From contig CAYMXS010000007.1 of NCBI GenBank assembly GCA_964394465.1, positions 7,086-71,085 on the forward strand: a stretch of DNA of 64,000 bases. Reading direction: 5' to 3'. The notes under the pieces are model-generated. The model had not been told where the DNA came from. It made no database searches and saw nothing but the letters and a program-made list of their open reading frames with translations. Source of the DNA: an uncultured Thermoplasmata archaeon. Its GTDB lineage: Archaea > Thermoplasmatota > Thermoplasmata > Halarchaeoplasmatales > Halarchaeoplasmataceae. How positions within the stretch are numbered: the first letter of the stretch is position 1; every line of letters begins with the position of its first letter. The position numbers were made by a program, and so were the translations under genes. Positions 9,047-19,100 of this stretch are shown here, one piece after another.

Positions 9047-9493
9047 TCACCTTAGGACCCAATCGGGATAGGCTGGATTGTCTATGGCGTACTTCGAAGA
9101 ATAGGACTTGATATCGATTATAGGGGTACCGTTTAAAGCGTCCAGACCCTTCACGTAGAGTTCGTTTTCCTCCCTCTCCTTCAGTTCACAAACGGTGACC
9201 GCTACAGGGTTGGGTCTCACAGGAGACCTAGTTGCGAAGACGCCGGTCAAAGGGTTTTCTGGATCGCCCATAGGATGCACCTGCTTTACCGTCCTGTCGC
9301 TCCTGTCGAACCATGACAATATCGTGATGTGGGAATGCTCCTCTATACCCTTCAAACAGTCCGTGTACTCATCGTAGACTTTTATACAAGAAATCATCTC
9401 TTTGTAGCCGTCCGGTATCTCCTCTTCAAAATCGTTGAAAACCCTCCCTATCGCCTTGACTTGGAAACTTTTTGAGGAAACTTCTTCTTTCAT
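9047..9493 (-). CDS. TsaA/YaeB (TrmO)-family tRNA methyltransferase-like protein.
   Basis: 148 aa with the conserved YaeB-domain core (HSHITILSWFDRSDR...NPVAVTVCEL). Confidence 0.55.
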   Translation of the reverse strand: MKEEVSSKSFQVKAIGRVFNDFEEEIPDGYKEMISCIKVYDEYTDCLKGIEEHSHITILSWFDRSDRTVKQVHPMGDPENPLTGVFATRSPVRPNPVAVTVCELKEREENELYVKGLDALNGTPIIDIKSYSSKYAIDNPAYPDWVLR

Positions 9494-9548
9494 GACATAG
9501 GTTAAAAGAAGAAGGGATAAATCTGTTACGGAAGGACCTCAGGAACGT

Positions 9549-11372
9549 CTAACGTTTATGAACCGTACCAAGCTTTTCCTGTATCTCCTGGATCACCTGC
9601 TGGTTCTCTTCGATGGATGCCCTGAGTTTTTCTAGAGTGCTTTCCTGGTCCTGGGTCAGTTCGGTTCTCTCCAGCTCATCTAGATAGCCCTGGATCATAT
9701 CCTGATTTTGCTTGAATCCCCTCGAGACCAGCTCCTTATACCCCTTATAGAGTTCCTCCCTATCGGATACATCTAACAGGGACGCGACTTCTTGACCAGT
9801 ACCGCTTATCAAGCCAGCAGTCATCAGTATATGTTTCCGACCGCCTTGTTTCGTCTCTATCTGGAGATCGTACTGTCTGGGCGCTTCTACCTTATCTTTC
9901 CTCATCTCTTCCCTGTATCTTTCAACCCTGCTTTTGTCCTGTTCTACCACCAGTTCCAAGAAATTGTTTCCCTCTGCGTCGTCTTCATAATACCCTATCA
10001 GCTTGTCGAACTTTTCATTGGCCAAAGAGATCGTGCCGTCCTCGTCCAATATAGCCATAGCCGTCCCAGTGTTCTCGAAGATGGTCCTATACAGCTTCTC
10101 CTTCTCCTTCAACTCCCGCTCAAATCTTATGTGCTGGATCGTGTTGCTAAGATGTGATATCAGAAGGTCCGCCATCTTCACGTCCTCCTCGTCGAAATAA
10201 TCCGGTTCCTGGGATGTGGCCTGAAATATACCTATCTCATCGATGGGTACACTTATGGCTGACCTCATCTCGGGTTCTTTAGAGATCGGTTCGACATCGT
10301 CTCTGTTCCTCGAATCCTCTACAAGATAGGTCCTTTTATTTTGGTATGTCTTTCTATCGATCCCGCCCTCCTCTACGGCCCTCCTGGTAGAATCGTCTAG
10401 GTCGAGCTTTGAAGACACTGCCTTGGGCTCAAAATAACCCTCTCGTACTTCCTCTATGCTGCAGAAGTCGAAATCGAGGATATTTTCAGCAGCCTCTATG
10501 GCCTGTTGGTAGGCCTCACTTTCATCCTCACATCTACTGAGCTTGGACGCGACCTCGTGAAGCTGCTCTGTTTTATTCTTATTGTATTTAAGGCCCAGCT
10601 TGGCTTGCTTCTTCTCGGTCACATCCATTATTATGCCCTCTAAGGCCTCCAACTCGTCTCCTTCGAAGACGCCTACGCCGTGCTCTCTAACCCACTTAAC
10701 CCCATCATGGGCGGTGTTTATCCTGTACTCCAGCTCGTAGTCTTCTTTTTTCTTCACGGCTTTCTCTATCTTTCTTCTCACCTTTACACGATCATCTTCA
10801 TGTATTATCTCCTTGAATGAAACGGTCTTGTTCTGGATCAAGTCCCAAGGTTGATAACCGGTGAGTTCTATACAGCCTTCGCTTACGAATTCCATGGTCC
10901 AGCTTTCATCGTTTTTACACCTGTAAGCCATACCTGGAAGATTACTGACCAGGGTAGAAAGTGTCCTCTGGCTTTCCTTCAATTCGAGCTCGGTCTCCTT
11001 TCTCTCGTGTTCCTGACGGATCGCCCTGGCTAGAAGATTGTACTGAGATTGAGGCTCTCTTCCCTTTCGAAGATATCTATCCGCTCCCAGGTTGAGGGCC
11101 TCGATGACGACTTCCTCCTTGCCCTTCCCGGTCAAGATGATGAACGGTATATCTAAGCCTCTAGCCCTCAGTTCTTCCAGGAAGTCGATGCCGTCCATTT
11201 CCGGCATCTTGTAATCCGATACGATAACATCATAGGTTTCATCTTCGGTCTTTTCTAGAGCCTTCTCAGCCGACTCAGCAGTCTCCACCTTGAAACTCTC
11301 GTCCTCTTTCTCCAGGTATATCTTTCCCTGCTCACGGGCCCCTTCCTCGTCATCTACAAAAAGTATTTTCAT
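9549..11372 (-). CDS. Response regulator with N-terminal receiver domain followed by PAS/GAF sensor domains; no kinase domain.
   Basis: CheY-like REC (VDDEE...D54-like DYKMPEMDG...K in TGKG), PAS-like segments and a C-terminal helical region. Confidence 0.6.
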   Translation of the reverse strand: MKILFVDDEEGAREQGKIYLEKEDESFKVETAESAEKALEKTEDETYDVIVSDYKMPEMDGIDFLEELRARGLDIPFIILTGKGKEEVVIEALNLGADRYLRKGREPQSQYNLLARAIRQEHERKETELELKESQRTLSTLVSNLPGMAYRCKNDESWTMEFVSEGCIELTGYQPWDLIQNKTVSFKEIIHEDDRVKVRRKIEKAVKKKEDYELEYRINTAHDGVKWVREHGVGVFEGDELEALEGIIMDVTEKKQAKLGLKYNKNKTEQLHEVASKLSRCEDESEAYQQAIEAAENILDFDFCSIEEVREGYFEPKAVSSKLDLDDSTRRAVEEGGIDRKTYQNKRTYLVEDSRNRDDVEPISKEPEMRSAISVPIDEIGIFQATSQEPDYFDEEDVKMADLLISHLSNTIQHIRFERELKEKEKLYRTIFENTGTAMAILDEDGTISLANEKFDKLIGYYEDDAEGNNFLELVVEQDKSRVERYREEMRKDKVEAPRQYDLQIETKQGGRKHILMTAGLISGTGQEVASLLDVSDREELYKGYKELVSRGFKQNQDMIQGYLDELERTELTQDQESTLEKLRASIEENQQVIQEIQEKLGTVHKR

Positions 11373-11589
11373 CTTCTCTCAACCCCATCACATAAGTAAT
11401 AATACCTCAAGAGGTAATATAATTTGCGGATAGCACCAAATGTCTCCGTTTCCTCTGAAACTGCACATAAATTTTTTATGTGAGTTGTGCTTATTAGCAA
11501 TCCAATCCTGAATTAATTCATGGGCCAGTAGATGGTTTCAGAGCGAAGCTCTAAATATCTACATCCCCCACTCACTCACGTTCAATCGT

Positions 11590-11692
11590 GGGCCAGTAGA
11601 TCAGTTGGCAGATCGCCACCTTGGCATCCGTAGGCTGAAAACGTCTACAGCTGAAATGGTGGAGGCCAGGGGTTCAAATCCCCTCTGGTCCA
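11590..11692 (+). tRNA. tRNA-Ala (anticodon GGC) carrying a 30-nt intron (11627-11656) at the canonical 37/38 position; G3:U70 is present.
   Basis: Hand fold: acceptor GGGCCAG/CTGGTCC with the G3:U70 Ala identity pair, D-stem GATC/GATC, anticodon stem CCACC/GGTGG interrupted by tccgtaggctgaaaacgtctacagctgaaa, T-arm AGGGG-TTCAAAT-CCCCT, discriminator A. Confidence 0.8.
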
Positions 11693-11855
11693 TTAAATCA
11701 CGAGTTCTATGAATGAGTGAGCTAAGAAAAGGTGGAACGTTTCCTTTAAATTTGTTTAATGGACTGCGAGGATGCGCCAGCATTCTTGCTGGTCCATTTT
11801 TTCTTTGAAAAATGGTCTATTAGAATCTTTGATTCTGATTGGTCCACTTCTTTTT

Positions 11856-13304
11856 TCATACAGCGACTACCGTCCCTTCGATCTCCGGCTTGACCGGACT
11901 GTTATCCTCTATGTATCGTCTCAGAGCTTCTACCGCATGGATATCAAGATCTCTTCTGTTCTTACCGTATCTAGCTGGGATCCCTTGGGTCGTGACGAAA
12001 CAGGCCTCGTACGTCTTTTCTTTATCCAGTCTTTCGTCCCCAACAAAGAACTCCTGGACCCTCAGACCCTCGGCGTTCTCCACCTTGAAGTAAACGTTTA
12101 TGCCATAGCATCTTTTCACATAGCCCCCCATCTGGTCGTACGGGTCCTTGGCAAAGGTGTTTTCCAGGTTCTCCTCCATCATATCCCACAACTCTTGGCC
12201 AGTAATCTCACAGACTGAGACTGGAGGATTAGTAGGTATTATATTCCATATATCCTCAATGGTTATGTCTCCGGGCGGTACCGCGGAACCGTAGCGCCAG
12301 CCGTTGGAGAACGCCATCTCGGCGCCGCTGGCTTCTATAAGCGCTTTCAGCAGTAGATCGTCCATGGTGGTCTCCATCACTTTATCTCTAGCTAGGCCTA
12401 TCTCCGTCTTCCCGACTTTCTCGTTCAACATCTCTTTATGCGGTTCTACTATGTCGTCGATGATCTCCTGTACTTCTTTGTCCGGCTCGATAGATGCGCT
12501 CATCTCGACCAGTTCGTGCCTATAGTCTATAACACCGTCTTCACCGATGTTCAGGTCCAGCCTTCCTACAAAGGAGCCGTGGCATCCAGATTGTATCAGC
12601 AGGGTATCGTTCACGTCCGCAGGTTCGTACATCCTGTTGTGAGTGTGTCCGCTTATCAGTACATCTATTCCGTCCACTCCCTTGGCCAATTCAACTTCCT
12701 GAGGATAGCCGAGATGTGCGAGCACCCCTATAAGATCCACGTCTTTCTCTCTCAGCTCTTCTATGTACCCAGGTAATTCCTTCCTCCCTAGCGTCAGATA
12801 GATACCCTCGCTGAAGTGGTCCGGCATGGTCTTATCGACTATGGTGTTGGCTATACCGATCAGGCCCACTTTTATCCCATTTTTCTCCACTATCTTATAG
12901 GGCTCGAAAACCAGCTCGTCAGAATCTTCATAGTAACAGTTGATGGCCAAAAGTGGATACTTCAACCTATCGGCGATGTCAATCAACTTTTCAGGCCCAT
13001 AGGCGAAGTCCCAGTGGGCCGTCCAGGCGTCGAATCCCATCCTGTTGAGGATGGGCACCATGTTCTCCCCTTCATTTTTTACGACGGGATAGGTTCCGTG
13101 GATCGTATCTCCATTGTCTAAAGCTAAAACGGACCCTGGATCATCCTTCCTCACCTCATCAAGATAAGTGGTGATCCTTGCATAACCGCCTACTTTTCTA
13201 TACTCCTGCTCTCCGTCTTTCCAGAAATACTCGTGGTGCAGGTCCAAATAGGCGTGGCTGTCGTTCATCTGCAGTATAGTCAGATCATATCCTTCGCTCA
13301 TCAT
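11856..13304 (-). CDS. 5'-nucleotidase/metallophosphoesterase (UshA-like, calcineurin-like N-terminal plus 5'-nucleotidase C-terminal domain).
   Basis: Metallophosphatase motifs (QMNDSHAY, GDTIHG, GHTHNR) and a C-terminal nucleotidase-like domain. Confidence 0.65.
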   Translation of the reverse strand: MMSEGYDLTILQMNDSHAYLDLHHEYFWKDGEQEYRKVGGYARITTYLDEVRKDDPGSVLALDNGDTIHGTYPVVKNEGENMVPILNRMGFDAWTAHWDFAYGPEKLIDIADRLKYPLLAINCYYEDSDELVFEPYKIVEKNGIKVGLIGIANTIVDKTMPDHFSEGIYLTLGRKELPGYIEELREKDVDLIGVLAHLGYPQEVELAKGVDGIDVLISGHTHNRMYEPADVNDTLLIQSGCHGSFVGRLDLNIGEDGVIDYRHELVEMSASIEPDKEVQEIIDDIVEPHKEMLNEKVGKTEIGLARDKVMETTMDDLLLKALIEASGAEMAFSNGWRYGSAVPPGDITIEDIWNIIPTNPPVSVCEITGQELWDMMEENLENTFAKDPYDQMGGYVKRCYGINVYFKVENAEGLRVQEFFVGDERLDKEKTYEACFVTTQGIPARYGKNRRDLDIHAVEALRRYIEDNSPVKPEIEGTVVAV

Positions 13305-13334
13305 ATCACCCTATATCTTTATGTAACTCCATCC

Positions 13335-13652
13335 CTAGCTCTGCTTCTTGACCAATTCTCCTACGCCAGATGGTACAGTCTCTACATCACCTACCAGTTC
13401 CTCTTCACCTATATTCAACCCCTTTAAACTATTGGAACAGACCCTGAATTCAACCCCTTTGTTGATCAGGTATTCTATCTTCCTGGCGTACCCTTCATCT
13501 TCAAGAGTGATCCTCACTCCAGTACCGTTCATCACTAGCTCGATATCCTGGTTTTCCTCCCCCAGATCCTTTATCAGGTTGATCACGTTCGAGAACGCTA
13601 TGGTGCCCTTCTCCTCCTCGTGAAGGTGAAATATCACCCTATATTTTGACAT
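13335..13652 (-). CDS. DsrE/DsrF-like family small protein.
   Basis: 105 aa. C-terminal ...FRVCSNSLKGLNIGEEELVGDVETVP matches the DsrE-family C-terminal pattern. Confidence 0.45.
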   Translation of the reverse strand: MSKYRVIFHLHEEEKGTIAFSNVINLIKDLGEENQDIELVMNGTGVRITLEDEGYARKIEYLINKGVEFRVCSNSLKGLNIGEEELVGDVETVPSGVGELVKKQS

Positions 13653-13698
13653 ATCTTCGACCCTAGACAGGAACTACCGGGTTTTACAAAAACTTTCC

Positions 13699-16482
13699 TT
13701 ATCTTTTCAGTTCTTCGAGCACCAGCTCTTTTCCCCTCTCCAATGCTTTTTCCCTACCTTCTGGTTTCCCTCCGCCGCCCTGGGCGGTTTTCGGTGAACC
13801 ACCGCCTCCACCGTTTATCTCTTTCGCAGCCTCTCTCAGAACATCCGAGATGTCGAGGTCCAAGTTATCGCTCCGTGAAAAGACGAGCTGGACGTTCTCA
13901 CCTTCAGAGGCCAGGAGTACGACCCTATCCTTTTCGGAAGTGAGACTTTCAGCCGTGGACAGCATCTCCTTGGTTTCCATATCCAGCGTATCGATTATGA
14001 ACTCTATGCCCTCCTCCTCTTCACCTGGCACCAGTTCCTCCGCGACCGCTATGGACTTGTACTTCTTCAGTTCCTCCAGCTCTTTACCCCGCTGCTTCCA
14101 CTCGTTGAAGAAGCGTTCTGCGGTATCCGGGAGTTTTTCCGGGTCGACGCTGAATTTGGAAGCGGTGTTCAACAAAAGGTCCTCCTGGTGCTGGACGTTT
14201 TCTACCGTCGCCAAGCCCGCGGAGTAGACCAGTCTTTCAACGCCGTCCTGTATCCTCTGAGTTTTTAGTATCTTTATGGCGCCCACCTCCGAGGTGCGGT
14301 GAACGTGTGTACCTCCGCAGGCCTGCGCGTCGTAATCGTCAACATCCGAGATATGCACAACCCTTATTATATCGCTCTGGGGCACTCCACCTTGATAAAG
14401 CTCGAAACCGAACCTCTTCTCTGCTTCGTCCCTGGTGAGCTCTTCCTTTTCAACGGGTATATCTTCCAGGACCAGTTCGTTAGCCCTTCTCTCTATGGCC
14501 TTTATCTCGTCTCTACCTATCCTCTTGTAGTGCGATATATCCAGACGGGCGTTCTCAACCCCTTTTTGAGCTCCGCTCTGCCAGATATGTTCACCTAGAA
14601 CTTCACGGGCGGCGCTGATTATTATGTGCGTTGCTGTGTGATGCCTGGTCAGCGCCATCCTTCTGTCCCAGTCGATAGAGCCCTGGACCGTCTCTGCCTT
14701 TGGTATTTGCCCTTCGATCTCGTGTACTATAACACCGTCGACCTTTCTAACATGATCAACTGGATAGACCTGATTTTCCGTCGAAAGGACACCCCTATCA
14801 GAAGGCTGGCCGCCACCCTCCGGGTAGAAGAGGGTCTGGTCTAGGACCACTTCGCCGGGCTCGGAGTGTAGAACCACGGCTTCGAAGTTCTGGGCATCTG
14901 GATTATCGTAATATATGGGTCTGGTATCCGGTACGTCATACCTCTCAACGGCTTCCTCTTCCTCCTCTTCTTCTGACGTTTCATGCCTCTCGGCCAGGAG
15001 GGTATTGAAATTCTCAGGGATGTCAACTTCCACATCGAAACCTTCAGCCAGGTCTTTCACTATTGTGGGATGGACCCCGTGGGTGTCGTAGAACTCGATC
15101 AGCATATCGAGCGATATCTTCTCTCCCTCCTCCTTCTTCTCCAGTTCCCTCTTCACCAGCCTTTTACCCTTCTCCAAAGTCTCTTCATACTTCTCTATCT
15201 CGTTATCCAGTATGTCGAAGACCAGCCCTTTTTTGTCCAGGTCCACGATCTCGGAGAACTTCTCCATCTGTTTTTCTACCACCGTCTTGAGAGATATATC
15301 GTTTTTCAGCTGGTCTATCTGCCTCAAGGTCCTTCTTATCATCATCCTGGCTAGATAGCCCTCTTCAACGTTCGACGGGACTATCCCATCCGAAAGCATC
15401 CAGGAGATCGTCCTTGAATGGTCGGCTATGATGTAGACCTTTCTGAGAGTGGCCAGGTGCTCTTGCACCTCTTCCCTTCCCATGTTCAATTCAGAGGAAG
15501 ATGTCCGCTCGATCAATTCATCTAGAAGTCCGTCGTCCCTGTAATCCTTATCGGACGCCCCGGCCAGCTTACTGTATTCCTTCAGCATGCTTCTGTACCC
15601 TTCATCTTCCAGAGGATGTTTCACATCCAGTTCTTCACAGATATATTCGACTATATCGGGATAGACCGAATCGTATATGGTCGGAGAACCTTCGGTGACC
15701 CATGAAAGCCTTTCCAGACCATAACCGGTATCGACCACGTTCAGACGGAGTTTGGAGTATCTATCGCCCTCCAGTTCTATATCTCCATCAGGGTCTTTTT
15801 CAAGGTTCATGAAAACAAGGGTCGCCACTTCCAGACCCAGAACGTTAACCTCAAGGGAAGGTCCTGCGTTGCCGCCTCCTATCCAGGGATGTTCCTTGTA
15901 GGCTATCTTATCTTCTGGTATACCCATCTCCAGCAGCATCTCGTGGCACCACTTCACGGTCTCTTCCTGCCAGTAGACGTAGTTATCTGGACTGTTGAAG
16001 GAGTGGTGGCCCATCATCTCGAAACTGGTCTGATGCTTGCCCGTCCTTCCCACTTCATCGACATCCGGTAAACGGATGCTCGGTTGGGAAACGACCAAGG
16101 GATTGGCCGGGGGGTCCACCTGGCCGGAGGTCACATGAGGTTGAAAATCATATATGCTCGCATGTACGAGGAAGACGTCGTCCCTCCATCTGGCCACAAC
16201 GGGATACCTTTCCAGTGGCGTATGACCCCTTTCAGAGAAGAAGTCGATGAAGAACTGTCTCATCTCCTTGACGTTCAACGTTTTATCTGTTGGCGTATCG
16301 CCTATAAATCCGAACTCGGTACAGGGGGCGTCCTGACAGGTCTCCATGTCCTCGTTCAATGTCCAGAAGTGAGCGCCGCATTCCCTGCACTGCTTCCGGA
16401 CGAAGTTCTTTTTTTGAAAGAACTCCAACTGGTAATCTTCCTCGAACATGTGATACGATTTTTTTGGGGATAAATAAAACAT
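13699..16482 (-). CDS. alaS: Alanine--tRNA ligase (archaeal type).
   Basis: 927 aa. Class II core, editing-domain HxxxH/CxxxH motifs (HTATH...CGGTHV) and a C-terminal DHHA1-like domain. Start may be the internal Met at MFEEDYQLEFF. Confidence 0.9.
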   Translation of the reverse strand: MFYLSPKKSYHMFEEDYQLEFFQKKNFVRKQCRECGAHFWTLNEDMETCQDAPCTEFGFIGDTPTDKTLNVKEMRQFFIDFFSERGHTPLERYPVVARWRDDVFLVHASIYDFQPHVTSGQVDPPANPLVVSQPSIRLPDVDEVGRTGKHQTSFEMMGHHSFNSPDNYVYWQEETVKWCHEMLLEMGIPEDKIAYKEHPWIGGGNAGPSLEVNVLGLEVATLVFMNLEKDPDGDIELEGDRYSKLRLNVVDTGYGLERLSWVTEGSPTIYDSVYPDIVEYICEELDVKHPLEDEGYRSMLKEYSKLAGASDKDYRDDGLLDELIERTSSSELNMGREEVQEHLATLRKVYIIADHSRTISWMLSDGIVPSNVEEGYLARMMIRRTLRQIDQLKNDISLKTVVEKQMEKFSEIVDLDKKGLVFDILDNEIEKYEETLEKGKRLVKRELEKKEEGEKISLDMLIEFYDTHGVHPTIVKDLAEGFDVEVDIPENFNTLLAERHETSEEEEEEEAVERYDVPDTRPIYYDNPDAQNFEAVVLHSEPGEVVLDQTLFYPEGGGQPSDRGVLSTENQVYPVDHVRKVDGVIVHEIEGQIPKAETVQGSIDWDRRMALTRHHTATHIIISAAREVLGEHIWQSGAQKGVENARLDISHYKRIGRDEIKAIERRANELVLEDIPVEKEELTRDEAEKRFGFELYQGGVPQSDIIRVVHISDVDDYDAQACGGTHVHRTSEVGAIKILKTQRIQDGVERLVYSAGLATVENVQHQEDLLLNTASKFSVDPEKLPDTAERFFNEWKQRGKELEELKKYKSIAVAEELVPGEEEEGIEFIIDTLDMETKEMLSTAESLTSEKDRVVLLASEGENVQLVFSRSDNLDLDISDVLREAAKEINGGGGGSPKTAQGGGGKPEGREKALERGKELVLEELKR

Positions 16483-16609
16483 TCGGCTGAACCTCTCAAG
16501 TGGAAAAGTTATAAATTACTATGGGACTGTGTTGTTTTAAAGTATTACGTCTGGAGGTCTAAAACTGGAGAAAAACCAACTGATCACGTTAGCCATACTC
16601 CTCGCGCTG

Positions 16610-17521
16610 ATGGCGGCCTGGGCATTGGGTAATATGATGTCACTGATGGCCGGCGGGGGTGCTCAAGACCTGGGCGGAAGCGGAAACATCAATTTTATGC
16701 TCATCGCCGTTGTCTTACTGGTTTCTCTAGGTGTTCTAGCGCTGGTACTTACCAGGAATTGGACCACCCTGGTGGTCGTTCTGATCATGTTGGGAACTGT
16801 TATGGGGGCAGCGTCTCCAGCCTATATAGCAAGTCTAGGGTTGGGAATGGTGATCGTTCCTTTAGTGGTGATCCCCGTTGTGTTCGCTAGTCTTTTCATA
16901 TTGACCGATAAGATGCCGGCACGTCGTACTGTAGCAATAGGATCGTCTCTCATCGGGGCCTATCTTGCTTACATATTCATGAGCAGTATGGGCTTTCCAA
17001 GTGTATCCAATCCGAGTTCGGATAGTGGAGGTTCTGCCCCAGGAGGCGGTATACCTGGAAGGGAAGTATTCGGACCTTTAAATCAAAGCTCAGATCTTCC
17101 CATACTCGTGATACTTATACTATCTATCATCGCTCTTTTGATCTGGGCAAGAACGCATCAGTGGATGGAGGCTAGAGGGCAAGAGGATACAAAAGAAGAG
17201 ATAGAGGAGGATATCTCATCCACGGTTGATACGGCCATCAAAGACCTACATACAGGAAAGGACGTTCGATCGAGCATAATGAGATGCTACCAGAAGATGT
17301 GCAATATATTGGAGGAGAGCGGGATTTCGAATGAAAAATCGATGACCCCACGAGAGTTCCGTACCCATGCAGATGAAAAACTGGGGGTTTCAACGTCCAG
17401 GATAGACGACCTTACGGACCTCTTCGAGGAGGCGAGATACAGTTCGCACTCCTTGAGCGAGAGGGACAGGGATAGAGCGTTGAACAATCTCAAGGCCTTG
17501 AAAAAGGGGTTGGGTGATTAG
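16610..17521 (+). CDS. Polytopic membrane protein with a C-terminal DUF4129-like domain, often found associated with MoxR.
   Basis: Multiple TMs. The C-terminal region TPREFRTHADEKLGVSTSRIDDLTDLFEEARYS resembles the DUF4129 signature. Confidence 0.4.
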   Translation: MAAWALGNMMSLMAGGGAQDLGGSGNINFMLIAVVLLVSLGVLALVLTRNWTTLVVVLIMLGTVMGAASPAYIASLGLGMVIVPLVVIPVVFASLFILTDKMPARRTVAIGSSLIGAYLAYIFMSSMGFPSVSNPSSDSGGSAPGGGIPGREVFGPLNQSSDLPILVILILSIIALLIWARTHQWMEARGQEDTKEEIEEDISSTVDTAIKDLHTGKDVRSSIMRCYQKMCNILEESGISNEKSMTPREFRTHADEKLGVSTSRIDDLTDLFEEARYSSHSLSERDRDRALNNLKALKKGLGD

Positions 17522-18142
17522 ATGGAGGGAGATTTCTCGATCAAAGACAAGATATCTGGATTCGATATACTCAGTTTTATCGTCCTGCTCGTCCTGGTCT
17601 CATTCATGATGTCCGTCAGTGGTTATCTCCGACTTACCCTGGGCGTAGCCGTTATAGGTGCCTTCAGTCTGTTCGTTGTTATAACACTCTTTCAAAGGAG
17701 TCGTCCTGTTGAAACATGGACTAGAGAGAGCAAGATAGACGAGATAATCAGTCGGTCCATGTTGAAGGAGGAGAGTGAACTGGTCAGACGAGCGTATAGA
17801 GGAAGGAAATTGAGCCAGGCACTTCTAGAGGAGGAACTCAAAGAGAATTTTTTGGGTAAGATGAAGAGGGAAAAAAACCTGAATGACGATGAGGTGGAGG
17901 CTCTCCTAGATAAACCCAAGAGACTCCGTGATATGATAGATGACGAAATGATCTTTAAATTTATAATCAATCATAAAACGTATAAGGGAGTGGTTAGGAA
18001 TAAAAAGGAGGAGTCTGATAAGGGCAAAGATGAAGGGCGCTCCCTACTCTCTAAACTGTTTGGAGAAGACTTTAGCCAGATAGACGATAGGTACAAAAAA
18101 AGGATGGAAAGTTTGATAGATAGAATGGAGGAATGGAATTGA
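17522..18142 (+). CDS. Small membrane protein (2 TM) with a charged, coiled C-terminal region.
   Basis: Directly follows the previous gene and overlaps the start of moxR (18133). Confidence 0.35.
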   Translation: MEGDFSIKDKISGFDILSFIVLLVLVSFMMSVSGYLRLTLGVAVIGAFSLFVVITLFQRSRPVETWTRESKIDEIISRSMLKEESELVRRAYRGRKLSQALLEEELKENFLGKMKREKNLNDDEVEALLDKPKRLRDMIDDEMIFKFIINHKTYKGVVRNKKEESDKGKDEGRSLLSKLFGEDFSQIDDRYKKRMESLIDRMEEWN

Positions 18143-19089
18143 ATATAGAAGATGTATCTGCCTTGAGTAAAGAGTTGATAGATGAAGTCAGTACGGCCAT
18201 TGTCGGCAAGAAGAGTGTGCTGCAGAAAACGCTGCTTGGGATACTCGCGAAGGGTAACATCCTGTTCGAAGATTACCCTGGTCTGGCTAAGACCCTGCTC
18301 TCTAACTGTTTTGCCGACGCATTGGGATGTGATTTTAAAAGGATACAGTTCACCCCAGATCTCCTCCCGGCTGATATCACGGGTTCCTATATCTACGACA
18401 GGAACACCGGAGACTTCAAGATGAGGAAGGGTCCCATATTCACCAATCTTTTACTAGCAGATGAGGTCAATAGGGCCCCTCCCAAGACACAAGCGGCGCT
18501 TCTTGAGGCCATGCAGGAGAAGCAGACCACGATAGAAGGGGAGACTTACAAGTTGGACGACCCTTTCATAGTCATAGCGACCCAGAACCCCATAGAGTAC
18601 GAAGGTACCTATCCTCTTCCGGAGGCACAGGTTGACCGTTTCCTTCTGAGGCTGCAGGTAGGCTATCCAAAGGCAAAGGAAGAGGTCGAGATTCTCAGGA
18701 GGAGGAAGGAAAGAAAGGAGGACGATGTAAATATCAAAAAGGTCACCGGGCCCGAACGCCTTTTGAAGATGCAGAGGAAGATAGAGGACGTCCATCTGGA
18801 TGACGATATAAAGAGGTACATCGTTCAGATAGTGCAGAAGACCAGGGACAATAAGGATGTTGAAGTAGGTTCAAGCCCCAGAGGAAGTCTCGCCTTGATG
18901 AAGCTCTCCATGGCCAACGCTGCCATGAGAGGAAGAGATTACGTGGTTCCTGACGACGTTAAATTCATCGTGAAAGAGGCCCTTTCACACCGGCTCGTCC
19001 TAAAACCTGGACCCGCTATCAAGGGCGTAGATGAGAGAGACATAATAGAAGAGACGATAAAGAAGGTCCCCGTACCGAAGGTGGACTGA
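18133..19089 (+). CDS. MoxR-family AAA+ ATPase.
   Basis: 318 aa. Walker A-like GLAKT, Walker B LLADEVNRAPPKTQ and the MoxR-specific C-terminal region. Confidence 0.8.
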   Translation: MELNIEDVSALSKELIDEVSTAIVGKKSVLQKTLLGILAKGNILFEDYPGLAKTLLSNCFADALGCDFKRIQFTPDLLPADITGSYIYDRNTGDFKMRKGPIFTNLLLADEVNRAPPKTQAALLEAMQEKQTTIEGETYKLDDPFIVIATQNPIEYEGTYPLPEAQVDRFLLRLQVGYPKAKEEVEILRRRKERKEDDVNIKKVTGPERLLKMQRKIEDVHLDDDIKRYIVQIVQKTRDNKDVEVGSSPRGSLALMKLSMANAAMRGRDYVVPDDVKFIVKEALSHRLVLKPGPAIKGVDERDIIEETIKKVPVPKVD

Positions 19090-19100
19090 TCTACGTATCA

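Noticed and set aside
11601-11783. 60-aa ORF overlapping tRNA-Ala on the opposite strand.
   Set aside because: It overlaps a confidently folded tRNA gene and has no ribosome-binding site, so it is spurious.
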